DNA of 64,000 nucleotides from assembly GCA_050633305.1 (NCBI GenBank), contig JBOEGF010000007.1, positions 96,001-160,000 on the forward strand, given 5' to 3'. The notes beneath the pieces are model-generated. The model saw only the letters and a program-made list of their open reading frames with translations. It searched no databases and had not been told where the DNA came from. Shown here in pieces: positions 48,260 to 58,658 of this stretch. Origin of the DNA: Nannocystales bacterium. Its GTDB lineage: Bacteria; Myxococcota_A; Polyangia; Nannocystales; Nannocystaceae. The translations under genes were made by a program, and so were the position numbers. Position 1 is the first letter of the stretch; the number at the start of each line of letters is the position of its first letter.

Positions 48260-51200
48260 TCATCCGCCGGTTGTGCCACTCCCTGTCGATCCCCCCATGC
48301 CGTCCGTGTCACCGGGGTCATCGGTCTCACCATCGTCGCTGTCCTCGCGGAGTTCGCAGACCTCGTCGGGCCGAAGTCCGCCGTTGCATGCGGCGCCGAA
48401 GCTGGGGTCCAGGACTCCGTTGGCGTCACGATAGGGGCGATCGAGAGGGTCGAAGGCAAACCGGCACTTGTCGCAGGAGTCGGCGATGCCGTCGTAGTCC
48501 TGGTCGACTTGAGGCAGGAAACACATGTTCCGCCACAGGGAATCGAGCGGGTTGTTGTCTGCCGCGAAGTCTCGGTCGGTGAGGGGCTGCGTCAGGTTCT
48601 CGAGCGCCGTGATTTCGGCGTCCGCGAGGGCGGCCTCGCATCCCGGAGGCGGGGTGAGGACGCCATGCGTGGTCTCGAGTTCAACCGGGAGCGAGAAGCA
48701 CAGGAGTGCTTCTTCCTGTTCCTCTGTGCAGTTTGCTCGGGTTCGCACGGGGAGGTCCAGGAGCGGGTTGCCCTCGGCGTCCTCGAAAAACTGGCCCTGG
48801 TCATCGAAGGGGATCCCGGTCAACGGCGTGCAGGTTGTGAGGTCTGCCGGGTCCGAGCACGTGCCGGTGAGCAGAAGGTCTCCGACCGCCAAGGTCCCAC
48901 CGTCTTCCGCCGACGCGGTTGCCGCCGCCTCATCGGCCTCGATCAGCTGCGTGGTGCAACAGCTTCCCCCAGCGCTCACGCGGTGAAAGCCGAACGGCCG
49001 CGCGTTGGCCCGGTCTCCACAGCCCTTCGCGGCACCGAGTTCGCAGAAGTCGCCCACGAAGTCGCCATCGGGGTCGTCTTCTTGGGAGCCCCCCTCCAGC
49101 AGCTGTTTGGGGTTGGGCCTGAACGCACACGTGTCGCATCGGTCTCCGACATCATCGTTGTCGGTGTCGAGGTGGTTGCAGAAACCGGCAGACGAACAAG
49201 GGCGATTCGGGCCGCAGTCGAGTTCCTCCGTCTCGGAGTCGCAGGCGATCAGGGCTTCGGAGAGCGGTTGCCTGGGGCAGAGGTCCTCGATGTTGGGGAG
49301 CCCGTCTTGGTCGAAGTCGTCCTGATCCTCGAAGCCGACCGGGCCAGCGGCGAACGCGTTGACCGTCATGCCTTCGCAGGCCTCGCCGACCATGCTGTTC
49401 TCCCGCGCGGCCTGACAAATGTCGGTGCTCTCGGGCAGCGCTTCACCGACCTCGTGGGGGTCCTCCTCACCGAAGTCCCCGCAGTTTGCGGTGACGACAC
49501 AGTTGTCGCAGACGTCACCAATACCGTCGTGGTCGGTGTCCGTTTGGTCGGGAATGTTCCGGATCTGGAGGTAGTCCGGGACGGCCGCGGTGATGGCGTT
49601 GGTGTTGTAGAACGTCGTGGTTGAGCGACAGGTGTCGCATTCGTTGCCGACGCCGTCTCGGTCGGAGTCGGCCGTGTCGTCCGCGTGGCCGGGGACGACC
49701 GGGCATAGGTCGTTGAGGCCGAACCCGTCACGGTCGAAGTCCAGGTCGTCCTGGTTCGGGCTGAACCGGGTGTCTCCATCGTTGTCACACGACAGTGGAA
49801 CGCCGTCGCGGTCTTGGTCTTCGACACATTTGGGTTGGTCGATGCGGAAGTCGTAGAAATAGGGATCGGCCATCTCGGAGACCAGCGGCATGCCGCATGC
49901 GTCCCAGAACACGGAGCTGTACACATCTGGGTCTTCGAGCGCCTGCTCCAGCGTCCCCGCCATCGGGGCAAGCATGCGGTAGGTCTCTCTCTCGACGAGG
50001 TAGCGGCCAAACTCGGTCGGGTCGACCTGCACCGCGACTTGTCCGATGTCTTGGTTGGCCACGTTGATCTCCAGGCACGGCGCGGCGCAGGCGTTGCCAG
50101 CGGCTCGCAGCGCAGTGAGCTCCGCGTTGGACTCGGCGCACGCTGGACCACCCGCGACCGGCATGATGTCGCAGCATGCCCCGGCGTCAGGGGTGCCCGT
50201 TGCACACGATGGGTTGGGGGCTGCGGGCTCGCATTCTCGATCGATTCCCTCGCCCACACACTCGACGCGGTAGAGCTGCAGCTTGGACAGGTTCTCGGGG
50301 CTTGCGTCGTACTTGTTGGAGAACCGGAGCGAGAAGTCGACGCATGCGCCGATACGCAGGTTGTCCTTGGGCGTCCCAGACCCCGGGACGACGTGGAACT
50401 GGGCGGTCTCGAACGTGTAGACCGACTTGCCCGCGAGGGTGTTGTCCGCCTTGTCGACGATGTGCGCAGGGTTGTCCTCGTTGCCCGGCTCGTTGAAGAC
50501 GATGTCGTAGGTCTGACCCGAGCACATGGCTGTGTCGAAGTCGTCGAACGTCTCGATCAGACCCGTATCTCGAGCCCGCCAGCCGTCGTGGCGGTTGCGT
50601 GCGCCCAACTGTTGGATCCCTTCGGCGCAGGACTCGATGTCCGCTCTGGGAACCCCACCAAGGTCTGCGGGGCGCCATTCGAAGCCCTTGAGGGCTGGGT
50701 CATAGATGACGCCGCCTGCCCGGGTGCCTGGGGCGGGCGAGGCGAATTTCACCGCATAGCGCCCGGCCCGTTCCTCGACGAGTGACCCGTCCGGGTTGTA
50801 ACAACCCCGCTCCACGGACTGCTCACAGCCGTCCGCTTCGAGGGCATCGCGGTTGAACTCGAGCGAGCCACTGTCGGGGCAGATGCAACGGCGCGCCTGG
50901 TCCGGAAGGTTCGTGTCGCGTTCGAAGAGGGGCAGCGGTTCCAGGTTGCTCTGGTAGTAGGGGTCGCAAGCAAAACCGTCTTCTCCGGCCCGCAACGGTC
51001 CGTACAGCGAGCCCTGGCACGCCTCCTCGGCGGTCAGGTTTCTGTTCTCGTTCCAGTCCGCGAACGCCAGCCGGGACCCCGCGCCACGTTGGCCGCAGCC
51101 GTCTCCATCCGCCGAGCAGTCGGACAAGCCGGCGCCCTGGGGTCCGACGGCACCGTAGGTGTTCTCATCTTCGACGGCGTCGGTCGTCGCCAGACAGGCT

Positions 51201-52600
51201 GCACCTCCGACAGCGTCGAACCGGCGGTCGACGCAGTAGCCGATGTCGGCTCCCGTCGTCCCTTCATCACGAACGCAGTCGACGACCCACTCAGGTCGAC
51301 ACACCGGGTTCTCGCAGCTTCCGTCCTCATAGGCTTCGGCGAGGCACGCAATGCCGGTGCCCGCGTGGGTTCCGATGCACTCGGTTCCCGTGAGGTCGTG
51401 AATGTTCCGGCAGTCTGCGGACTCTGAGCACTTCGACGTCAGATTCTCCATCCCCGATGGGCGGAGGTCGGGGTGGGTCTCGCGAAGCTTGTCGAACAGC
51501 GGGACCCGGAACGTTTGAACCTCCAAGGGGCAGTCGGGCCCGGATGTCCCCGGTTGGCACCAGCCGTACTTCCACCGCTGCTCTTCGTCGCCGCGATCGA
51601 CCGAGGTCACGAAGCTCTGGCAGGAGGCGTAAGGGTCGATGAGGGTTCCCGCTTCGTCAGGCCCCGCGCAGGCGATCGCGTCCGCGTATGGGGCCCCGTT
51701 GGGCTGCGTCGTGTCGGGGTTGGGGCTGCGCGGACGCGGAGGGTCGGACGCGTCGAGGCCGTAGCGATCGATCTTGGTGGAGAGGATGAAGTTGCAGTAC
51801 GAACAGCACGTGTCCGGTCCCTCTTCGGGGGTTGTGCAGCTGTTGCTGTTCGCGGTCGTGATTCCGCGGGCAGCCTTGACTGTGCCGGACTCGAAGAGCT
51901 TCATCGGCTTGCCGGTCGCGGGGTTCACCGCGTTGCAAGGGTTCGTTGCGGGGTCTTCGTAGTCGAGGTGCGTGAACGTCCCGCCGTTGGCGGCGATGTT
52001 GTCGATGCACGACAGGTTCACCAACCGACTCATGGTGTCGGGGTCGTTCTGCCCTGGCCCGGGCTTGTAGTCGCCGTTGAAGCGCGTGATCGGACCCTGA
52101 ATCTGAAGGACGTCCGACTTCCAGTCATAGACCTCGAACAATTGGGGGTTGTCCGGACGTTTGCGGACGAGCTCGATGCTGGTGGGGTCGAGGAGGTTGT
52201 TGAAGATGAACTCGACCCCGGAGGACGTCACCAGGGGGGACAGCCGGCAGTACTCCTCCGCGTTCACCGACGCTTGGGCCTCGTCGGTTTCTTCGCACGG
52301 AATGACGTCTTCGATGAAGTACGACCCCTTGGAGATGGGGCCGGGGCATTGGTCGCCTTCGCAGTTTGGGTTGAGGATGTGGACCTTGTCGGCCGCGTAG
52401 TTGATGCCAACGATCGACTCGAGCAGCAGATTGTCCGGGTCGCAGATTCCGCAGTCTGTATCCTGGATACAGCCGCTCGTTCCGACGGCGAGAAGGGCGA
52501 GTCCGAGCAGGGCGAATCCGCGCCCTAGAGGTGTGCTCGCACACGGGTTGGGAGCAGCAGTTGCTCGTGGCGTATCGAATTCAGCCGTTTCGTTGCGCAT
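48260..52600 (-). CDS. Giant Cys-rich lipoprotein B (~1446 aa), full-length paralogue of A
   Basis: Lipobox TSGC; long identical blocks shared with A; start placed at MRNETAE. Confidence 0.85.
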   Translation of the reverse strand: MRNETAEFDTPRATAAPNPCASTPLGRGFALLGLALLAVGTSGCIQDTDCGICDPDNLLLESIVGINYAADKVHILNPNCEGDQCPGPISKGSYFIEDVIPCEETDEAQASVNAEEYCRLSPLVTSSGVEFIFNNLLDPTSIELVRKRPDNPQLFEVYDWKSDVLQIQGPITRFNGDYKPGPGQNDPDTMSRLVNLSCIDNIAANGGTFTHLDYEDPATNPCNAVNPATGKPMKLFESGTVKAARGITTANSNSCTTPEEGPDTCCSYCNFILSTKIDRYGLDASDPPRPRSPNPDTTQPNGAPYADAIACAGPDEAGTLIDPYASCQSFVTSVDRGDEEQRWKYGWCQPGTSGPDCPLEVQTFRVPLFDKLRETHPDLRPSGMENLTSKCSESADCRNIHDLTGTECIGTHAGTGIACLAEAYEDGSCENPVCRPEWVVDCVRDEGTTGADIGYCVDRRFDAVGGAACLATTDAVEDENTYGAVGPQGAGLSDCSADGDGCGQRGAGSRLAFADWNENRNLTAEEACQGSLYGPLRAGEDGFACDPYYQSNLEPLPLFERDTNLPDQARRCICPDSGSLEFNRDALEADGCEQSVERGCYNPDGSLVEERAGRYAVKFASPAPGTRAGGVIYDPALKGFEWRPADLGGVPRADIESCAEGIQQLGARNRHDGWRARDTGLIETFDDFDTAMCSGQTYDIVFNEPGNEDNPAHIVDKADNTLAGKSVYTFETAQFHVVPGSGTPKDNLRIGACVDFSLRFSNKYDASPENLSKLQLYRVECVGEGIDRECEPAAPNPSCATGTPDAGACCDIMPVAGGPACAESNAELTALRAAGNACAAPCLEINVANQDIGQVAVQVDPTEFGRYLVERETYRMLAPMAGTLEQALEDPDVYSSVFWDACGMPLVSEMADPYFYDFRIDQPKCVEDQDRDGVPLSCDNDGDTRFSPNQDDLDFDRDGFGLNDLCPVVPGHADDTADSDRDGVGNECDTCRSTTTFYNTNAITAAVPDYLQIRNIPDQTDTDHDGIGDVCDNCVVTANCGDFGEEDPHEVGEALPESTDICQAARENSMVGEACEGMTVNAFAAGPVGFEDQDDFDQDGLPNIEDLCPRQPLSEALIACDSETEELDCGPNRPCSSAGFCNHLDTDNDDVGDRCDTCAFRPNPKQLLEGGSQEDDPDGDFVGDFCELGAAKGCGDRANARPFGFHRVSAGGSCCTTQLIEADEAAATASAEDGGTLAVGDLLLTGTCSDPADLTTCTPLTGIPFDDQGQFFEDAEGNPLLDLPVRTRANCTEEQEEALLCFSLPVELETTHGVLTPPPGCEAALADAEITALENLTQPLTDRDFAADNNPLDSLWRNMCFLPQVDQDYDGIADSCDKCRFAFDPLDRPYRDANGVLDPSFGAACNGGLRPDEVCELREDSDDGETDDPGDTDGMGGSTGSGTTGG

Positions 52601-52906
52601 GAATGGGGTCCCGGGCGCGGACCAAGCGCCCGTCCCTCCCCAACGCAGCCCTGGGGCGCCGCTGACACGAATCCATCCCAAACCTACCGAACCCGCCGGC
52701 CGGCCCGCGCCGCGGACCGCTGGCGCTGCACCCTTTGGGCCCGTCTTCCCGCGAGAGGAGCGAGTAAGACCCGACCGGGCTGGGGCTCTTGATCTGCGCC
52801 GCGTCAGCCCGCCAACCAACGGCCCGAAAGGGCCGGGCGACCGGGAGAGGGGCCCCCGACGGCTCCGCCGGCGGGGAGAGGGCGCGCGCAAGCGCCCTCT
52901 ATCCAG

Positions 52907-53668
52907 TTAAAACAAACACTCGATGAGCATGGCGGTGATGTTGTCTTCACCGCCCTCGGCGTTGGCGCGGTCGATCAAGTCGGCCACGATCTCTTCCGGG
53001 TCATCATGCGCGGCGACGACCTGGTGCATCTCATCATCGGTCAACATGCCGCACAGGCCGTCGGAGCACAGAAGGAAGCGATCCCGGTTCTTGATCTGGA
53101 ACCGGGTGACATCGACCTCGACCGTGTCGCGCATGCCCAGCGCCCGCGTGATCACGTTCTTGTGGGGGAAGTCGCGGATCTCTTCCTCGGTGAGGTCGGG
53201 GCGCGCGTCTTTCCAGTCTTCGAGGAGCGAGTGGTCTCGGGTGAGCGACACCATTTCGCCGTCACGAACCCGATACACCCGTGAGTCGCCGACGTGACCG
53301 ACGTAGCCGTCGTGGCCGTTGAGGTGAAAGACCACGACCGTGGTGCCCATGCCTCGCTGGCTGCGGTTGCGCTGAGACGCATAGTGGATGCGCTCGTTGG
53401 CCAGCCGTACCGAGGCGATCATGCGGTTTTCAGCGAACGACCGGGTGGGGTCGTAGCGGAAAGGCCACGTCGCGTTGGCATTGCGGCTGTGCCGATAAAA
53501 CTCGCCAACGACCTCAGTGGACATCTTGCTCGCGACGTCGCCGGAAGCATGACCGCCCATGCCGTCGGCAACCATGAAGAGACGGTCCTCTTCGATGAGC
53601 GCGAAATAGTCCTCATTGTGGGTCCGCTTGAGACCCACGTCGGTCCGCGCTGCGTACCGAATCCGCAC
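52907..53668 (-). CDS. PP2C-family Ser/Thr phosphatase (intact)
   Basis: RTHNED, VADGMGGH, MGTT, HVGDSR, LTRDHS, LLCSDGL, GGEDNIT. Confidence 0.95.
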   Translation of the reverse strand: MRIRYAARTDVGLKRTHNEDYFALIEEDRLFMVADGMGGHASGDVASKMSTEVVGEFYRHSRNANATWPFRYDPTRSFAENRMIASVRLANERIHYASQRNRSQRGMGTTVVVFHLNGHDGYVGHVGDSRVYRVRDGEMVSLTRDHSLLEDWKDARPDLTEEEIRDFPHKNVITRALGMRDTVEVDVTRFQIKNRDRFLLCSDGLCGMLTDDEMHQVVAAHDDPEEIVADLIDRANAEGGEDNITAMLIECLF

Positions 53669-53735
53669 CGGCGGAGAATATCCCACATTGGCATCGGCAA
53701 CCAGCCCCCGTGCCGGTGAAACCGCAGCCGACCTC

Positions 53736-54587
53736 TCATGCGGAGGCTGAAACCAGCAGTCGCTCCGCTCTCAGTGGCCGCGCCAGGTGAAACGCGAGTT
53801 TTCGGGGCCCAGCCCATTCGCGTTGTCCGGTGTCTCGAATCGACTCGAACCCATGCCTCCGCACGCGACGGGCAGCGTCTTGTGGGGTCATCGCACCTCG
53901 AAGCGGTTCGCCGAGCCAGGCAAACCCCTGGCGGACGATTGCTTCGAGTCGCGGTGCGGACCGGCCGACCAGCTTCGGTACTGCGTAGGTCATCAGCAGT
54001 CGACTCGAGGGCGCGCTGCGTCGGGCGATCGCCCGAAGAGTGATCTCGGTCGCCTCCAGCGGGAGGTATGGCGTGACGCCCTCCCAGATCCAAACCGTCG
54101 GCACCGAAGCGTCATGCCCATGTTCCTCGAGGGCATCGTTGACCGACATTTCGTCGAAGTCCACCGCCACGTGTTGCAGGGAGCGAGCGACCGAGGGCAG
54201 CCCTGCTGCGCGTGCTTGCTTGGAGGATGACGTGTCGGGGTGATCGACTTCAAAAACATCGACCTCCCGGAGACAGGGCAGCCGGTACGCGCGGCCGTCA
54301 AAACCTGCGCCCAGGATCACCATCGTGCGGGCCCCAGAGCGAACAGCGTCCTCGAGCTCGCGATCGATCGCGCGGGTCCGCAGATCCAGATGGTCGACGA
54401 GACCTGCGCTTGCGACTCGGGGTGCAAGACGAACCGAGCGTGCCCAAGCGGGGAGCGCCTGCCAGTGGGAGAGGGCGGGGCCCAAAGGGAAGGGAAGAAG
54501 CGCGGCCGCGGTGGCGTCAGGCGTGAGCGCGAGGCCGCGCGCGGTGGCGACGGCGACGGCGGTCAAGCTGACCCGCCCTGGCCTCAC
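53736..54587 (-). CDS. SAM-dependent methyltransferase (LCM family)
   Basis: RTRAID, VILGAGFDGRAYRL, FEVDHP, WIWEGVTPYL; GTGA overlap with nth. Confidence 0.88.
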   Translation of the reverse strand: MRPGRVSLTAVAVATARGLALTPDATAAALLPFPLGPALSHWQALPAWARSVRLAPRVASAGLVDHLDLRTRAIDRELEDAVRSGARTMVILGAGFDGRAYRLPCLREVDVFEVDHPDTSSSKQARAAGLPSVARSLQHVAVDFDEMSVNDALEEHGHDASVPTVWIWEGVTPYLPLEATEITLRAIARRSAPSSRLLMTYAVPKLVGRSAPRLEAIVRQGFAWLGEPLRGAMTPQDAARRVRRHGFESIRDTGQREWAGPRKLAFHLARPLRAERLLVSASA

Positions 54588-55234
54588 TTCCGTCGCTCCT
54601 GCGCCATCCGCTTCTTGGTGGCGGCCCAGCCGCAGATCTGACACTCGCTGAGCTCATGCCCGCGCGCAGGGCAGAACTCGCGGCCAAAGAAGATGATCTG
54701 AAGGTGCCGGCGGTTCCATGTGTCCTCAGGGAACAGTCGCTTGAGATCGGCCTCAGTCTTTTCGACGGTGGTCCCTCCCGAGAGCTGCCAGCGCGCCGCC
54801 AGACGGTGAATGTGGGTGTCGACCGGAAATGCCGGGACACCGAAAGCTTGGGACATCACGACCGACGCGGTCTTGTGTCCGACGCCCGGTAGGGCTTCGA
54901 GGGCGTCCATGTCCGCGGGGATCACCCCGTCGTGTCGCTCGACCAGAAGCTGGCTGAGACGCTGGAGGTTCTTGGCCTTGGTGGGCGCGAGGCCGAGTTG
55001 ACGGATGCACTCGAGGATCGCGGGCACCGGCTGTTTCGCCATCGCCTCGGGGGTGCCGGCGAGCGTGAACAGTGCAGGCGTGACCTCGTTGACCTTCTTG
55101 TCCGTGGTTTGGGCCGACAACATGACCGCCACCAGCAGCGTGTACGGGTCGGTGTGGTCGAGCGGAATCGGTGGCTTGGGGTAGAGCCGCTCAAGGATCT
55201 CGCCGATCTTGTCGGCTCTTTCGGCGCGCCGCAT
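54584..55234 (-). CDS. nth: Endonuclease III
   Basis: LVAVMLSAQTTD, LPGVGHKTA (HhH), FPVDTHIHR, FGREFC. Confidence 0.93.
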   Translation of the reverse strand: MRRAERADKIGEILERLYPKPPIPLDHTDPYTLLVAVMLSAQTTDKKVNEVTPALFTLAGTPEAMAKQPVPAILECIRQLGLAPTKAKNLQRLSQLLVERHDGVIPADMDALEALPGVGHKTASVVMSQAFGVPAFPVDTHIHRLAARWQLSGGTTVEKTEADLKRLFPEDTWNRRHLQIIFFGREFCPARGHELSECQICGWAATKKRMAQERRK

Positions 55235-55327
55235 CGCGCGGAGAGTAGCAAGCGTATGCGGACATGCGTGCAGTGTTCGTATTCGAAAGATCGCTCCAGG
55301 AGCTGGGCCGCGATATCCTCGTGGAAC

Positions 55328-57097
55328 GTGGACTGCGTACGCTGCGGCGCGGAGCTGCCAGATGGCGGGAACTTCTGCTCGAACTGCGGTGCGCCGCGCC
55401 CGGAGGACGTGCCCTCGGATGCGGTACGGACCCAACCGTGCCGTGACTGCGGCGAAGAGGTGGAGCTCGGGGCAGCCTTCTGCTGGAACTGTGGCGCTCG
55501 CTCGCCTCACGCTGCCCCGGCTGTCACGGGCAACACCGTCGTCCGGAAAGCGCCGCCGGATCCGAAGGGTCCCAACCCCGAGGAAGGATTCGAGTGGGAC
55601 GCCGACGGTCGGACGATGCGGCGTGGCAGCGGGTCTCCACCCCTCGTCCCTGCGGAGCCGACGGTGCCCAAATCGGTACGCAGCGGGTTGCCATCCGCAG
55701 TGCCTGATCAGGCGCCCGAATCTCCGCAGCCGCCCACTCCCCGGAGTGGTACGGAAGACGAGCCTGCGAAGAAACTGCCACGGCCCGTGGTCAGCATGAT
55801 CGCGGAAGAGCTTGGGGAGGAGGCTTCCGATGATCCCGCGGCGGCTCCAGCTCCGGGCCTCGCCGAGGATGGCTCCGAACCGCTCTCGCTCGAGCCCGAA
55901 GTCGATGCCGCGGTTGCGCAGGCCAAGAATGCGAGCGAGCCCGTCAATGTCTCGGAAGAGGTCGCGGAGCTGCAGTTCTTGATGCTTCGCGGATTCCATT
56001 CCGAAGCGGAGGAGGCCCACCGCCTGCTGCTCGCCGCGAACCCCGGTCACCCCGACTTGCTCGCGCTGGGGGAGGAACTCCAGGCGAGTCAGGCCAGGGC
56101 TGCAGCCGCGGATCCTCGGGCGGAGGTTTCTGAGGCACCTGCGAATCCTCCTGCGGCGGACCCCTCCGCGCCCAAGGCTCCACTGGCAGCGACCAAGGAC
56201 GCGGTTGCCAAAGAGAGTTCGCCCGACATCACCGTGGTGACGCGCGCGTCGGCCTCCTCGGCGCCCGGAGACGAAGGACACGTGCCGCCGATGGAGACGC
56301 CGACCAGTCCGACGTTCGTGGACGGGACCTCGCCCCCTGCGGGCGGGTTTGCGGCGACTCCCGCGGTGCCGGGGGCGGTGCAGCCGAAGGTGGCCCCACG
56401 GGTGGGACTTCAGCCTCCCGAGCGTCTGCACATGCCGTCCTCGGAGAGTCTGCCGACCAACCCTCGGATGACGCCGCCACCGGGCATCGATTCGACGGCC
56501 GTCTCCAAGCCGGCGGGTGTCCGCTTGGTGATGCTGGGAGGACGCGGCGAGGCCGTGTGGGAGCGTGTGCTTGGGGCAGGGGAGACGTTCGAGGTTGGGC
56601 GCGACCCTGCCAAACCTTGGGGCGACGACCCTCACATCGAACCCAGCCATGCTCGGCTCGTGGTCATCCCCGGGGGAGGGCTGCGGGTTGAGCCTGCCGG
56701 GCGCTCGGGCGTCTACCGCCAAGTCGACGAGCGGCTCTCCGTTCGCGACGGCGACGAGTTCCGCGTCGGCGAGTCGCTGCTGCGCTACAGCAGCAACGAG
56801 ACGGGTTGGGGGGCGGTCACGTTCTACCCGATGTCCGGAACCGCGTGCGAGACCATCCAGATCGGTGGGTCGGGCTTGGTCGTTGGGCGAGAGAATGCAG
56901 ACATCGAGCTGCCGGAGGACACCTTTGTCTCGGGTGCGCACTGCCGGTTCTCATGTCGCGATGAGGGACTCTTCATCGAAGACATGGGCAGTGCCAACGG
57001 CACGTACTCGAGGCTGCGTCCTTCGGAGGCGGTCCCCTACGGGTCGCTTCTGTTGCTCGGTCAGACCCAGTTCAAGGTCCGCCGCATCACGCAGTAG
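55328..57097 (+). CDS. Double zinc ribbon, Pro-rich linker and tandem FHA domain protein
   Basis: Four CxxC motifs; FHA motifs VGRE..VSGAH..GSANGT. Confidence 0.85.
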   Translation: MDCVRCGAELPDGGNFCSNCGAPRPEDVPSDAVRTQPCRDCGEEVELGAAFCWNCGARSPHAAPAVTGNTVVRKAPPDPKGPNPEEGFEWDADGRTMRRGSGSPPLVPAEPTVPKSVRSGLPSAVPDQAPESPQPPTPRSGTEDEPAKKLPRPVVSMIAEELGEEASDDPAAAPAPGLAEDGSEPLSLEPEVDAAVAQAKNASEPVNVSEEVAELQFLMLRGFHSEAEEAHRLLLAANPGHPDLLALGEELQASQARAAAADPRAEVSEAPANPPAADPSAPKAPLAATKDAVAKESSPDITVVTRASASSAPGDEGHVPPMETPTSPTFVDGTSPPAGGFAATPAVPGAVQPKVAPRVGLQPPERLHMPSSESLPTNPRMTPPPGIDSTAVSKPAGVRLVMLGGRGEAVWERVLGAGETFEVGRDPAKPWGDDPHIEPSHARLVVIPGGGLRVEPAGRSGVYRQVDERLSVRDGDEFRVGESLLRYSSNETGWGAVTFYPMSGTACETIQIGGSGLVVGRENADIELPEDTFVSGAHCRFSCRDEGLFIEDMGSANGTYSRLRPSEAVPYGSLLLLGQTQFKVRRITQ

Positions 57098-57156
57098 CCG
57101 AGCTCGGGTGCGGTTGGAGCGTGGCCTGCTCGCTGTCGTCACCACCGTCACCATCG

Positions 57157-58593
57157 TCACCACGGTGGCGCGGCGAGAAGCAACAACAGGCCAACGCCCG
57201 CACCCACGGCGAGGCTCGACTTGTCGGTCACCGCGAACACGACGGGGTCGTGGTCCAGCTCGCGGCGTTTGGCGAGAAACCAAAGTCGGCTGATCCAGTA
57301 AAGCAGCAAGGGGCACGTGAGCCACAGCAGCCACTTGTTGACGTAGAAGCCGGGCAGTCCGTTGTTGATGTACAGGGCGAAGACGAGCACCGCGAGGTAG
57401 CCCGACGTCGGGCCCACGCTGATGATCAGTTCCAGGTCTTCGACGCGGTAGCCGCGACCCTTGGCCTCGGTCTTCCCCTCGGCAGCGACGCGGTCCAACT
57501 CGACGTAGCGCTTGGCGAATGCCAGCGACGTGAAGAAGAAGATCGAGAACGCGAGCAGCCACTCGGAGACTCGAAGATCCGTGGCCACCCCACCGGCGAA
57601 GATTCGCAAGGTGTACAGGCTCGCCAAGATCATCACGTCGATGAGCATCTTGCTCTTGAGGACGGCGGAGTAGGCACTGTTCACCGCGAGGTAGAGCAGC
57701 AGCACACCGAGGTATCCGGAGGGCAAGAAGAGCAGAGACAAGGTGATCGCGACGGCGATGAGCGTCGCGACCATCGGGGGGCCGTACAGCAGGGGGAGGG
57801 CACCCGAGGCGAAGGGGCGGAACTTCTTCTTGGGGTGGACCCGGTCTGCCTCGACATCGAGCATGTCGTTGAAGAGGTAGACCGAGGACGCGGTGAGCGA
57901 GAACGCTGCGAACGCGACGAGGGCTGCGAACAGCTTGCTCGAGTCGTCGTAGGCATGGCCGAGCATCAAGGGAACCCACAGCAGCACGTTTTTGACGTAC
58001 TGGTGTGGCCGCATCGCCTTGATCGCCGCTTTGAGCAGACTCGGCTTCTTGCCGAACACTCGCGTGGCGTCGGGGACCTGTTGCTTGAGGGCGGCGCTGG
58101 GCGCCACGACGAATACCTCGTCGGCCTTCTTCCAGATCGGAAGGTCGGCCTGGGCATCGCCGACGTAGCCCCAGGTCTTGTGGCCGCTGTCTTTGCAAAC
58201 CCGTTCGATGGCGGCGAGCTTGTGCGCACCCTTGAGGTTGTTCTCGGCGTCGCTCGCCAAGACGTCATCGAACAGGTCGAGGTGTTCTGCGACGGCATCC
58301 GCCCACGGGCGTGCGCTGGCCGTCGCAAGGACCACGGTGTCGCCTTCGGCTCGGCGCTCCCGGACGAAGTCCAGAACGTCGTCGCGGTAGGGGAGCGCTT
58401 CGGGGTCGATGCTTACCCGCTTGGACAGTTCGTCCTTCAGCGTGGCTCGCCCACGCAGGAGCCAGCCCACGGCCAACAGCACCACCCAGGGCTGCGCCTT
58501 GGCGACCTTGAAGAAGGCTTCCCAAAGGACATCGGTCGACACCAAGGTGCCGTCCATGTCTACGAACAATGCGCGCTCCGCCTTGGAGGTCAT
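57157..58593 (-). CDS. HAD-UbiA fusion (polyprenyl-phosphate phosphoribosyltransferase-like)
   Basis: [52 protein letters not shown]. Confidence 0.9.
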   Translation of the reverse strand: MTSKAERALFVDMDGTLVSTDVLWEAFFKVAKAQPWVVLLAVGWLLRGRATLKDELSKRVSIDPEALPYRDDVLDFVRERRAEGDTVVLATASARPWADAVAEHLDLFDDVLASDAENNLKGAHKLAAIERVCKDSGHKTWGYVGDAQADLPIWKKADEVFVVAPSAALKQQVPDATRVFGKKPSLLKAAIKAMRPHQYVKNVLLWVPLMLGHAYDDSSKLFAALVAFAAFSLTASSVYLFNDMLDVEADRVHPKKKFRPFASGALPLLYGPPMVATLIAVAITLSLLFLPSGYLGVLLLYLAVNSAYSAVLKSKMLIDVMILASLYTLRIFAGGVATDLRVSEWLLAFSIFFFTSLAFAKRYVELDRVAAEGKTEAKGRGYRVEDLELIISVGPTSGYLAVLVFALYINNGLPGFYVNKWLLWLTCPLLLYWISRLWFLAKRRELDHDPVVFAVTDKSSLAVGAGVGLLLLLAAPPW

Positions 58594-58658
58594 CGGAGCG
58601 GCGGACGCTAGCACGCCGTGGGCTCGACACCCGCCTTTGTGGCGCGCATGGTCTGGGT

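Noticed and set aside
44480..49820. Recurrent gtcgttgtc-type repeats suggesting CRISPR or a DGR template/variable pair
   Set aside because: They are Asp-rich TSP3 coding repeats and paralogue homology; no fixed repeat-spacer period, cas gene or reverse transcriptase in the window
55235..56941. Long N-terminal extension of nth (785-aa ORF)
   Set aside because: Antisense to the FHA gene; Nth homology starts at 55234
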